64,000 nt of DNA from the NCBI GenBank assembly GCA_965219085.1, contig OZ244720.1, positions 1,888,001-1,952,000 on the forward strand. Direction: 5' to 3'. Positions 29,601 through 39,100 of the stretch are shown piece after piece. Each line of letters starts with the position of its first letter. Positions within the stretch are counted from its first letter, which is position 1. Made by a program: the position numbers and the translations under genes. Source of the stretch: Dehalococcoidia bacterium (lineage in GTDB: Bacteria > Chloroflexota > Dehalococcoidia > UBA2979). The notes beneath the pieces are model-generated. The model ran no database searches. It saw only the letters and a list, made by a program, of their open reading frames with translations, and was not told the origin of the DNA.

Positions 29601-32600
29601 GTTGGTCACGCCGGTCGCGGAGCGGGCGAGGTTGCCGTTGCCGGCGGCATCCTCGACGGCGTCGGCGCCGAGCGCCACAGTGATGTTCGCGGACGTGCTG
29701 GTCAGGGCCGTCGCCAGGGCGATTTCGAGCCTGGGTCCAGACAGCACCGACCCCACTGGGGTTGCCTGCGTCGTCGTGCCCGACTTCACGGTGATCTTGG
29801 TGCGGTCGACCGTGCCGATAGCTTCGTTGAAAAAGAAGATGATTTTCGTGCCGTCGGCCGACGTCGTCGGCGCATTGGCGCCGGTCGTGACGAGCGTCGG
29901 GCGGACGCCGTCGACCTTGTGATTGGCGTTGATGGCGACCGCGCTGTGGTCGAGGTCGGCGGCGGTCGTGCTGCCGGTGGCCGTGATCGTGCCGCCGGTC
30001 AGCTTGTTCGCCGCGATCGCGATGCCGTTCGGGGCCGAGTCGTTCACCAACACCGTGTAGCTGCAGACCATCGTGGTCGTGGTCGTGCCGGTCGCGCAGC
30101 CGGCCGCTTTCGCGCTCCCGGCAAAGTTCAGCTCGAGCTGCGGGCTGCCGGTGATGTCGACCGCCTCGCTGAAGGTCACCGTCGCCTCGATTACGCCGCC
30201 GATGTTGTAGCCGTAGGTGGCGTTGTTGGGGGCGGAGGTGAGCGCGACGCCGGTCACGGTGGGGGTGACGACGGTGCTGCCGACGTTATTGGTCACGGTT
30301 ACCGCGACGAGGGTGGTGTTGGAGTTGCCGGCGGCGTCGGTGACGGCCTCGGCAGCGACATCTATTTCGAGGCTCGTGGTCGAGTCGGTCAGGGCCGTCG
30401 TCAGTGTGAGTTCGACCGTGCGTCCGGAAAAACTCTCGCCGCTTGTCGAAAACATGTTGCTGGGGGCGTTGGCGTCGTAGATGGTGATATTGGTTCGGTC
30501 GACGCTGCCGATGTCCTCGCTGAACGTCAGGATCACCTTCGCGCCGTCGGTCGACGTCTTCGGCGCATTGGCGCCGGTCGTGACGAGCGTCGGGCGGACG
30601 CCGTCGACCTTGTGGCTGCTGTCGCGCCCGACCGTGCTGTGGTCTAGGACGGCGGCGTTGGTCGTGCTGCCATTGGCATAGATCGTGCCGCTGTTGAGCG
30701 TGAGCTTGTTCGCCCCAATCGCGACGCCGCCCGTCGCCTGGACGCCCGACTCCACCTCGTAGGAGCAGACCATCGTGGTCGTGCCCGTGGCGGACGCGCA
30801 GTCGGCCGTCTTCGTGACGTTCGGGCTGCCGCCCAGGTCAAGTTCAAGCTGAGGTGTGCCCGTAATGTCGACCGACTCGCTGAACGTCACCGTGGCCTGG
30901 ACGGCCTCGCCGATGCCGTAGGGGGCGGTGGTGGAGGTCAGTGCGACGCCGGTGACCGTGGGCGCGGTGGCGCTGACGACGGCGTTGGTCACGGTGGCCG
31001 CGGCGAGGGTGGCATTGTCGTTGCCGGCGGCGTCGCTGACGGCCCCGACCGCGAGCGCCACGGTGAGGCTTGCGGCCGAGTCGGTGAGCGCCGTCGTCAG
31101 CGTCAGTTCGACCGTGGGTCCGGAAATACTCTCGCCGCTCGTCGGCAGGGCGACGCTGTTGCCCTCGATGGTGATCAGACTTCGAGTCACGGTGTCGATG
31201 TCCTCGCTGAACGTCAGGATCACCTTGGTGCCGTCGGTCGACGTCGTCGGCGCATTGGCGCCGGTCGTGACGAGCGTCGGGCGGATGCCGTCGACCTTGT
31301 GATTGGCGTCGATCGCCACCGCGGCGTGGGCGAGGACGGCGGTGATGGTCGTGCTGCCGGTGGCCGTGATGGCGCCGCCGTTGAGCGTGAGCTTGTTCGC
31401 CGCGATCGCGATGCCGCCGGCAGCCACGTCGCCCGCCACCACCTCGTAGTAGCACCCCATCCAGTTCTGGTTCGTGGCGGCCACGCAATCTACCGCTTTC
31501 GGGGTGCCGGCAAAGTCCAGCTCCAGCTGCGGGGTACCGGTGATGTCCACCGCCGCGCTGAAGTTCACCGTCGTCTCGACAATGTCGTCGATGGCGTAGA
31601 CGTTGCCGGTGGGGTTGGAGGTGAACTCGACCGACGAGACGGTCGGGGGCGGGCCCTGGACCGGGCCAACCTCGCTGCTGTAGCGGGGGTACTCCTGGTT
31701 GCCGGCGTCGTCGTCGAAGATGACTCGGACCTTGAGGTTCTTGCCGACGTCGTCGGCGGTCGGGGTGTAGCTCGAACCGGTCTCGCCGGCAAGCTCGGTC
31801 TCGTCGGCGCCGTCCACCCGGATCCACTGGTAGAGGTACAAGACGTTGTCGAGTCCGTCGGTGGAGTCCGTGATCCCGGAGATATCGGCCGTCAGTTCGA
31901 TGTCCTGCTGAGCAGTGGCACCGAGAGTCGGGACGCCGATTGCGGGGGTGTTGTCCGGCTGGGCGCCCGGCAGGTCGTAGGCGTAGAGCTGGAGGTCGCT
32001 GGTGTCGACCACCCAGAGCACGCGGCCGTCGAACCAGAGGCCCTCTGCGTCAGTGTTGTCGGTGTCCAGGGAGAGGTTCTTGGCGTCGTCCCGGGTCCGG
32101 TCGGCCAGCTGGTAGGCGTAGATCTTGTCGTCCACGTGGTCTGCAACGAAGAGCGTCGTGCTGTTGGACCACATGCCGCTCGGGCGGTGGTTGTTGATGG
32201 TGCCGTCGGTGTTGCTCGGACTCAGCGTGCCGGCGCCGATGTCCAAGGTGGAGGCATGGCTTCCGTCGGAGCGCAGATAGACGAAGATTTTGCTGGTGAG
32301 GTGGTCATTGGTGTCGTCCGCCACCCAGAGGTGGGCGCTGTCGCACGACAGGCCATGGGCGCTACCGTTGTCGGCGTCCAGGGCGACGTCCTTGCTGGAG
32401 TCCCGGGTCGTATCGGACATCTTGTAGGCGTAGACCTTGTTGTCGCCGCTGTCGGCGACGAACATGGTGGTTCCATCCGAACAGATTCCGCGCGCGTCGT
32501 TGTTGCCGGCAGTGTTCAGGTTGTCGAAATCACTGCCGGTATCGCGCAACCCGTCGGAACGATTGTAGGCATAGAGCTTGTCGGCGGCGACGGAGCCGGT

Positions 32601-35351
32601 GCCGTCGTTGGCGACCCAGAAGGTGTCGTCGTTGCCCCAGATGCCCTTGGCTGCCGAGTTGGAGTTGTGGAAGTCGAAGCCGGTGACGCGTTTCAGTGGA
32701 GTGATGGCATTGCCGTACACCGCGATCTCCAACGAATTGCCGCCGGAATCCACGGCCAGGTTGGCAAGGTTTGCGCCCCGATAGAACACGTCCGCGATGC
32801 TGAAGCCTGCAAACGCGCCCGCATCCTCGCCGTTGCTCGAGGTTTGCTGCAGCCGGTGCGCGGCGCCGCCGAGATGGCTCCAGACCACCACGTATGAGGT
32901 GTTGGCCGCCAGCGTCGTTCCGGCCGGCGCCTCGAAGAAGCTGTGGCCCGGCGCGTATTCGGTGGGACTGAGGAAGTCGAACAGCTTGGCGGCCGGCTTG
33001 CCGTCCGCATCGGCGCTGTACACCGCCACCGACACGGATGTCGCATCGTCAGGCACCTGGGCGACGCCGCCCACGCTGTCGGAGCCTTCGATGTTGACGC
33101 CGATGCCCTGCAGCTCGTAGCCGGCCGCGTTGGGGCTGGTCGTGAAGCCCTGCGTCACCACTGAATTAGCAGTGCCGACGGTCAAGAAGCTGTTGTCGGC
33201 TTGCCCCAGGTTCTGCACCATCGCGTGGAGCGGCTCGCCGAGGACGGCCATGAACGGTATGTCGTGAGGACCAATACTCGCATCTCCAGGTCCGTCGAAG
33301 AGGGTCACGCCCGGTGCCGTCGGCGCGTCGTTGCCAGCGGGGTCGATGCCCCACGTGCGCGTAAGGATGGAGTCTACTCTCGTAAATGAGCCGCGAGCAT
33401 CCTGCCCGAAGAAGTATGATGCGCTTCCTTCCACGGTTGCGCCTTGCGGAGCCGTCCAGCCATTTAGGCCCGCATTGTTACGTATCTTGTGCAGGGTGAA
33501 CCGCTTGGTGCCCAGGGCACCGGAGCTTTCGTTCCACAGGTCCATCGGGTTGCCCATGCCGCCGTATTCTGATGTTGCGTTGTCCGAGAGCCAGGAAAAA
33601 CCGCGGATGAGGTAGCGATCCGCTGCTCCGACAGTGATCCCGACAGTCCATAAGTCGCCAAGCGAGATGATTTCCTGGTCATTGTCGAAGGATTGGGCGT
33701 AGGTCGCAGCCAGGATGCCGCTGTCCCGCCTCGAGCCCTCGAGGAGCAGGCGCAGCACGCTGCTGTCCCCGCCCGCGCTGTTGAAGAGGATGGCTCCCGT
33801 CTCACCGCCCGCATCTTCATTGTCGGACGTCGTCTCCTTGATCGACAGCGAGGAGCCGAAACCCGACAGCACGATGAAGTGATTGACATTTTGGTACGCG
33901 AATGCCCCTGCGGGAGCCGTGAACTTGTTCAGGCCGGCCTGGAAGGAGCTCGGGTTCTCAAAGTCGAACAGCTTGTATGCCCTGGTCTCGCCGTGAGTGA
34001 GCTCAGGATGGCCGGCGATCCACAGGGAGACGGTCAGGCTCGACGGCGCCGCGGCCAGGTCGATCGAGACGCTCGAGATTTCGTAGCCCTGGCCGTGAGT
34101 CCCCAACCTGAAGCCCATGGCGTACTGCCCCGTGATCATCGCCGTGGCCGACGGCGACTGGCCGGTGTTGCCTACCAGCGTCGACGGGGTCTGCGACGGG
34201 CCGGCCGGTTGGGCGAGCGGGCCGAACGGCAGGCTGGTCACCGTCTCCGAGTTGCCGCCCCCGTCCTCGAACGAGACTTGCACCTTGATCAGGTTGCCGA
34301 TATCGGCGTCGACAGGCTGGTAGCTGGGTGAGTCGACGCCGATATTGGTCTCGGTCGAGGTATCGCCGTCGATCCGGATCCACTGGTACGACCAGTCGAC
34401 TCGGATGAGGGGGCCAGGCACCGTGGGGAACCCGTTCCCGTCGGCGATGCCCGAAGTGTCGGCCACCAGGATGCCGGCGCTTTCCGCGGAACGAAGGACT
34501 CTCGGCGCGCCGGTGGCGTCCTGGTTCGTGGGCGTTTCATAGCCCTTGACGGTGATCTGGATAGCCTCGTTGCCCCCGCTCTTCTGCTGCCAGGCGCCGC
34601 TGCTCTTCAAGTCGAACTTGTCCTTGATGCTCCAGCCCGTGAGGCCGGTCGCATCTTCTCCTGCGGCGGTGGTGGAATCGAGCGTGACGCTGCCGCTGTC
34701 CTGCTTGATCACCACCACGTAGTTGGTGTTCGCATCGAGGAGAATGCCCGGGTGCGTGAACTCCAGGCTCCCGGCCGGAAAGGCCTGCGGCGTCGTCAGG
34801 ACCGTGCAGGTGGTGGTCGGAAAGTCGTCCGAGGTGCCATCCGCCTCGCAGACCTCGACGTCGAAGCCGTCGCCCTCGGCGTCCTCGGAGACGACGATCA
34901 CGCTGGTCAGCGTGTAGCCGTTCGTCGCCCCGCCCGTGCCGAACAGCTGCGCATGCTCGTTGCCACTGGTCTCGACTTGGTCATCGTTCCCTTGCGCTGT
35001 GTTGCTCACGAGAATGCGCGCGGTTTGCGCCTCCGCCGGCGTTGACCAGAGGAGCACGCCGCCCAGCACCAGCGTCAGCGCCAGCAGGGCAAACCTGGCG
35101 GCGCGCCGGAATGGGGCGCGGCGCGGCGGGGCGACGGCGCGTGGCCCGGCGTGGGGCTGCGCTGCCCGCGGGATCCACGGCAGGGCCGCTTTCGCTCGGC
35201 GGAGGGCGATCACGACGTTACCCCACGGCCTGCCAATAACAAAATGGGGGGGGGGGGGGTACGTATGTGCTAGGTTGCCCTGCACGGCAGACGCCAGCGC
35301 GACGGCAGGGGCCGTCGTCTCAGGTGCATGGACTGGTCTGTCAAGCGTCAC
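26640..35351 (-). CDS. G4: giant surface protein (Ig-like, propeller, SwmB-like, cadherin, conserved C-terminal module)
   Basis: ~2900-aa ORF. Start is either GTG 35351 (GGAGG-N7, reads through C14) or GTG 35213. Signal FALLALTLVLGGVLLWSTPAEA; cadherin motifs (LDYE, TNVNEAP); poly-Gly linker. Confidence 0.9.
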   Translation of the reverse strand: MTLDRPVHAPETTAPAVALASAVQGNLAHTYPPPPHFVIGRPWGNVVIALRRAKAALPWIPRAAQPHAGPRAVAPPRRAPFRRAARFALLALTLVLGGVLLWSTPAEAQTARILVSNTAQGNDDQVETSGNEHAQLFGTGGATNGYTLTSVIVVSEDAEGDGFDVEVCEADGTSDDFPTTTCTVLTTPQAFPAGSLEFTHPGILLDANTNYVVVIKQDSGSVTLDSTTAAGEDATGLTGWSIKDKFDLKSSGAWQQKSGGNEAIQITVKGYETPTNQDATGAPRVLRSAESAGILVADTSGIADGNGFPTVPGPLIRVDWSYQWIRIDGDTSTETNIGVDSPSYQPVDADIGNLIKVQVSFEDGGGNSETVTSLPFGPLAQPAGPSQTPSTLVGNTGQSPSATAMITGQYAMGFRLGTHGQGYEISSVSIDLAAAPSSLTVSLWIAGHPELTHGETRAYKLFDFENPSSFQAGLNKFTAPAGAFAYQNVNHFIVLSGFGSSLSIKETTSDNEDAGGETGAILFNSAGGDSSVLRLLLEGSRRDSGILAATYAQSFDNDQEIISLGDLWTVGITVGAADRYLIRGFSWLSDNATSEYGGMGNPMDLWNESSGALGTKRFTLHKIRNNAGLNGWTAPQGATVEGSASYFFGQDARGSFTRVDSILTRTWGIDPAGNDAPTAPGVTLFDGPGDASIGPHDIPFMAVLGEPLHAMVQNLGQADNSFLTVGTANSVVTQGFTTSPNAAGYELQGIGVNIEGSDSVGGVAQVPDDATSVSVAVYSADADGKPAAKLFDFLSPTEYAPGHSFFEAPAGTTLAANTSYVVVWSHLGGAAHRLQQTSSNGEDAGAFAGFSIADVFYRGANLANLAVDSGGNSLEIAVYGNAITPLKRVTGFDFHNSNSAAKGIWGNDDTFWVANDGTGSVAADKLYAYNRSDGLRDTGSDFDNLNTAGNNDARGICSDGTTMFVADSGDNKVYAYKMSDTTRDSSKDVALDADNGSAHGLSCDSAHLWVADDTNDHLTSKIFVYLRSDGSHASTLDIGAGTLSPSNTDGTINNHRPSGMWSNSTTLFVADHVDDKIYAYQLADRTRDDAKNLSLDTDNTDAEGLWFDGRVLWVVDTSDLQLYAYDLPGAQPDNTPAIGVPTLGATAQQDIELTADISGITDSTDGLDNVLYLYQWIRVDGADETELAGETGSSYTPTADDVGKNLKVRVIFDDDAGNQEYPRYSSEVGPVQGPPPTVSSVEFTSNPTGNVYAIDDIVETTVNFSAAVDITGTPQLELDFAGTPKAVDCVAATNQNWMGCYYEVVAGDVAAGGIAIAANKLTLNGGAITATGSTTITAVLAHAAVAIDANHKVDGIRPTLVTTGANAPTTSTDGTKVILTFSEDIDTVTRSLITIEGNSVALPTSGESISGPTVELTLTTALTDSAASLTVALAVGAVSDAAGNDNATLAAATVTNAVVSATAPTVTGVALTSTTAPYGIGEAVQATVTFSESVDITGTPQLELDLGGSPNVTKTADCASATGTTTMVCSYEVESGVQATGGVAIGANKLTLNSGTIYANGSTTNAAVLDHSTVGRDSSHKVDGVRPTLVTTGANAPKTSTDGAKVILTFSEDIGSVDRTNITIYDANAPSNMFSTSGESFSGRTVELTLTTALTDSTTSLEIDVAAEAVTDAAGNSNTTLVAVTVTNNVGSTVVTPTVTGVALTSAPNNATYGYNIGGVIEATVTFSEAVDITGSPQLELNFAGSAKAAGCATGTTTTTMVCSYTVLVNDSAPNGIAIAANKLTGGTITATGSTTAADLDHSAVAINANHKVDGVRPTLVTTGANAPTTSADGTKIIFFFNEAIGTVDRTKITVKSGTTTQATPVGSVLSGPRLEIALATALTSTSANITVALGADAVEDAAGNGNLARSATGVTNVVGVANLDPAFLSTEDGLRSVPEDTPAGDNVGAPVSAVDPDQGDMLTYSLTGTDAASFEIDSDGQLRVATGVELDYEGKRTYRVTVQVSDGKDESGADDMDAIDDTQNVTITVTNVNEAPVVTGPSTASIEENSSSMVASYRATDPEGDKFTWSARSAFSNDFWISSRGELYFRTPPNFEGQTTYAVTVSAIDDDATKPQPGSLSVTVTVTDEEEEGVVTISPPRGWLDDVTQFIADLSDGDGSISGTTWQWARSPNGRSSWTDITGATSYSYMEADADANQYLRATATYTDRLGSGKTASATLQTPVGDARPAANTKPTFAEATATRTVSAGTAAGRSVGAPVRATDVDTGDVLTYSLGGADANAFDIDAATGQIRTKAVLDSTEKDSYTFTVSVHDGFNALYVASTTSDATIVVTITVTAAPTTRGVVGFVGGGGGGGGGGGPSPSTIDFEWTVKHDIESLDSTHDMPTGSWSDGSILWLLENGDGADDAIYAYDLKSGERIEDREFELDERNRAPRGVWSDGKIKILWVSDSGQNKLFAHDLESGERLAERDIELAARNRQARGIWSDGERMYVLDGGKDSVFVYDLESGELLAECALDAANNDPRGIWSDGVTVWVSDHGAKRLFAYRLPVLSGEPDADEEDEGDKELERVRDEEFPNTILSRASNNSPRGLWSDGDVMYVADASDDKVYSYNMPDAIDARLASLTLSGVDLGEFDPGRPEYEGIVAEGVTETTVLAEAMQRRTDIAINPPDADEEADGHQIALSGVTEITVTVTSADGSRTKTYRVAFAEGEQESTPEPWTHCLRGDIAVGFSLVVFEGGSVEELVSCAESRDVAALYALHGGVYVSYILGAPELVNREFKELFAEGLPPVTPLTVKSGGPPSADPNRGDGALLPGPECLRGDIIEGFSLLIHEGGSVEELEACAESQQVTALYALHGGVWVSYILGAPELVNREFKELFAEGLPPLTPLVARSDGPAEAN
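35246..35259. repeat. G14 homopolymer in G4 leader / N-terminal extension
   Basis: aaaat-G14-tacgta. Confidence 0.9.
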
Positions 35352-35535
35352 GCAAATGCCTCCCGGCAGCACGGGATCCAATCCCATGGCAACGTACCAT
35401 CTTGTGGTGAACGTTCAGTGGACAATAGGCCCAATACGATGACAGTCCAGTGGTAATTCTCAGGGAAAAGCTACGGAAGTAGCAAAAGACCCATTCGCGT
35501 GAGTTTGCGCTCTTATTGTGATTCTAACGTGAGGA
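35310..35535. promoter_or_regulatory. Conserved promoter/leader element P4 (type B)
   Basis: Minus strand CTGAAC-N16-TACGTT with TG; leader gtctcaggtgcatggactggtctgtc shared with P1/P5; direct repeats degenerate. Confidence 0.75.
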
Positions 35536-35631
35536 TCTACTTCATTCTGTCGGGGAAGCCGTTCAGAGTGCCGCCCTACCGGACGCTGCGCGGCGTTTAA
35601 ACGCAAAAGGCCCGCACACATGGACCGGGAC

Positions 35632-35666
35632 GGGGAGGCCACCGCACCAGATGCGGTGGCCTCCCC
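35632..35666 (-). terminator. Hairpin downstream of helicase fragment H3
   Basis: ggggaggccaccgca-N5-tgcggtggcctcccc. Confidence 0.55.
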
Positions 35667-35680
35667 CTCTTGCTTCCGGC

Positions 35681-36144
35681 CTAGCCTCCCACGCCGGCCG
35701 GCTCCGCCTCCCGCTCCAGCGCCCACTCGAAGAGGGAGATGGACGCGGGCTCGGGCCTGCGACTGCGGCGCTTCGGCTTCACCGGCTCGGGCGCGGCCCA
35801 CTCGGCGTCGACTAGCAGCGCCTCGGCCTCCGCCGCGACCTGCTGCGCCTGGGCGAACACCGACTCGACCGAGTCCGCGTCCTCCTCGCCGGCGACGATC
35901 TTCCTCGCCAGTGCGAGCATGAGGTCGTCGCCGTCGTCGCCGTAGGCGGCGAGGCCATCCTCGGGCAGTTCCCCCTCCACCGCCAGCGACGATTGGAGCT
36001 TCTTCGCCACCAGCTTGAGGGCGTCCGCCTGGAGGGTGTTCCGGTAGGCCATGAACACGACCGCACGGGCTGCGTCTGACCGATGCGCCACGACCTGCGC
36101 GAGGCCTGCCGCGTGGTGTAGACGGAGTAGTCGGTCTCGAACCG
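35681..36144 (-). pseudogene. Helicase 3' fragment H3
   Basis: RFETDYSVYTTRQASRRSWRIGQTQPV (frameshift) VVFMAYRNTLQADALKLVAKKLQSSLAVEG... Confidence 0.75.
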
Positions 36145-36166
36145 AACAGGCGCAGCCAGGGAAGAG

Positions 36167-39100
36167 TCAGTTGGCTTCCGGAGGTCCCTCGCTCTTGGCG
36201 ACCAGTGGCGTGATGGGTGGAATGCCGTCCGGGGACAGTTCGCGGAAGGGCTGATTCGCGAACTCCGGTGCGCCGAGGATGTAGGAGACCCACTCCCCGT
36301 CCGCGAGGGCATAGACGGCCGTGACGCGTCGGCTCTCCGCGCAGGCGACCAGCTCCTCGACGCTGCCTCCCTCGTAGACGACGAGGCTGAAGCCCTCGAC
36401 GGCGGCGCCGCGCAGGCACTCGGGCCACGGCTGCGGCCCAGCGGCGTCAAGGTGATCCCCGAACGGGTCTGGCGAGGGAGGTCCGTTGCCGCCGGCGACC
36501 AGCGGCGTCATGACCGGGAGCCCGTCGGCGAACAGCTCAGTGAACTCGCGGTTGACGAAGTTGGGCGCACCGAGGATGTAGGAGACGTAGACGCCCTCGT
36601 GGAGAACGTAGAGGGCTACGACGTGCCGGCTCTGTGCGCAGGCGGCCAGCTCCTCGACGCTCCCGCCCTCGTAGACGACGAGGCTGAAGCCCTCGGCGAC
36701 TTCGCCGCGCAGGCAGTGGGTCCAGGGCTCGGGGGTCGACTGCTCAGCCTCGCCGAAGGCCACGCGGTAGGTCTTCGTGCGGCTGCCATCGGCCGAGGTC
36801 ACGGTGACGGTGATCTCGCCGAGGCCCGGGAGGGCAATCTGGTGGCCGTCCGCCTTCTCGCCGGCGTCGGGCGGGTCGATCACGACGCCGGCGCCGGACT
36901 GCACCGCCGCGGCCTCGACCGTCGTCTCCGCCACGCCCTCGGCGGCGACCCCCGTGTATTCAGTCTCTCGAGGTGAGAACTCCCCGATCTCGATGTCGCT
37001 CATCGTCAGCGTAGCGAGACGGGCGTCGATCGCGTCGGGCATGTTGTAGCTGTAGACCTTGTCGTCGCTGGCGTCGGCGACGTACATCACGTCGCCGTCG
37101 GACCAGAGGCCGCGCGGGCTGTTGTTGCTGGCCCGGCTCAATATGGTGTTGGGGAACTCCTCGTCGCGGACGCGCTCGAGCTCCTTGTCGCCCTCGTCCT
37201 CCTCGTCCGCGTCCGGCTCCCCGGACAGCACGGGCAGGCGGTAGGCGAAGAGCCGCTTGGCGCCGTGGTCGGAGACCCAGACCGTGACGCCGTCGGACCA
37301 GATGCCGCGCGGGTCGTTGTTGGCTGCGTCGAGGGCGCACTCGGCGAGCAGCTCGCCGCTCTCCAGGTCGTACACGAAGACGCTGTCCTTGCCGCCGTCG
37401 AGCACCCACATCGTCTCGCCGTCGGACCAGATGCCGCGGGCGGCACGGTTGCGCGCCGCGAGTTCGATGTCGCGCTCCGCGAGGCGCTCGCCGCTCTCGA
37501 GGTCGTGGGCGAAGAGCTTGTTCTGGCCGCTGTCGGAGACCCAGAGGATCTTGATCTTGCCATCCGACCAGACGCCGCGGGGCGCGCGGTTGCGCTCGTC
37601 GAGCTCGAACTCACGGTCCTCGACGCGCTCGCCGCTCTTGAGGTCGTAGGCGTAGATGGCGTCGTCGGCGCCCGAGCCGTTCTCGAGGAGCCAGAGGATG
37701 GAGCCATTGGACCAGGAGCCGGTGGGCGAGTCGTGGCTCGAGTCGAGCGACTCGATGTCGCGCTTGACGGTCCACTCGAAGTCGACCTCGCTCGGGGTCG
37801 GGCCTGTGGGGCCGCCACCCCCACCCGGACCGATCGGGCCGATGATGATCGGTGGCCTGCTCGGCCTGGTCGTCACCGTGATGGTCACGTCGATGCTCGC
37901 CGTGGCACCTTCGGTGTCGCGCGCCTCGACCGTGACGGCGTACTCGGACGTCGTAGCGGCGTCGAACGTGACCCCCGTGCCGACCGTGATCTGGCCGTCG
38001 GCGTCGATGACGAACGAAAACACGTCGGGGCCCGAGAGGCTGTACGCGAGCGTGTCGTTCTCGTCGACATCCGTCGCCGTCACGGGCGCGCCGACGTGAT
38101 CGCCGGCCTCCGCGCTCTCCGGCACGCTGCGGGTCGCGGCCTGCGACGCGAACGCGGGCGCGTCGTTCACTGGGTCCACCTCCACGGAGACGGTGGCGAT
38201 GTTCGAGAGTGACGGGCTGCCGGTGTCCCGGGCCCGGTAGGTGAACGTGTCCGCGCCGTGGTAGTCGGCGTTGGGCTCGTAGGTAATCGTGCGGCGATCG
38301 CCCGCACTCGCGGGTTCATTCACGCTCGCGCGTCCGTTGAGCGGCGGGGTGACCACCGTCAGCAGCAACTCGCTCGGGTCCTGCTCGGGGTCGCTGTCGT
38401 TGGCGAGGACGTCGATGGTGATCTCGGTGTCCTCGTCGAAACTGCCGGGGGCATCGGCGACGGCGTCCGGCGGCTCGTTCACGTCCGTGACCGTGATCGT
38501 GACCTCGACGGTGTCGAACGCATTGGAGCTGTCGCTGGCCTTGACGGTGACCGTGTGCGAGGGCGCCGTCTCGTGGTCGAGCGATGCTGCCTCCTTCACC
38601 CGGATCTGGCCACTGGCGCCGTCGATCGTGAACAGATCCGATGCGGGCTCGAGCTCGTACCCCACCGTGTTGCCCGGGTCGGGATCGCTGGCGGTGACGC
38701 GTTCCCCGACCGGGGCATCCGCCCGTGCGTTCTCGGCGATGCTGCGGGTCGGGTTCGCCTCCGTGAACGTCGGCGGGTTGTTGACGACGGGGGCTGCCAG
38801 GACCGAGTTGGTGGACACGGCGACGAGGCTCTTGTTCGGCCCGTGGCCGTCGGTGTATGCGGCGGTCGCGCGCAGGTAGTAGCCGATATCTCCCGCGACG
38901 GGCGTGTAGACGCTCGTCGTGGTGCTGTCGGCGGCCCCGGTGACGGCCGTCCAGGGGCCGCCGCGGCTTGTCGAGCGCTCCCACGTCCACGCCGTCGACC
39001 GCACGCCGTCGGGGTCGCCGAGGGTGGCGGTGTAGTCCGCCTCGGCCTGCGGCCGCGTTGCGGGCAGCGCGAGCATCCCGGGCTCTTCCCTGTTCGTGAC

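Noticed and set aside
35340-35400. Resemblance to a c-di-GMP-I riboswitch (acgcaaa.gcc...atggca)
   Set aside because: Wrong strand for the downstream gene and lacks the GGCAAA and GAAA-tetraloop P2 elements.
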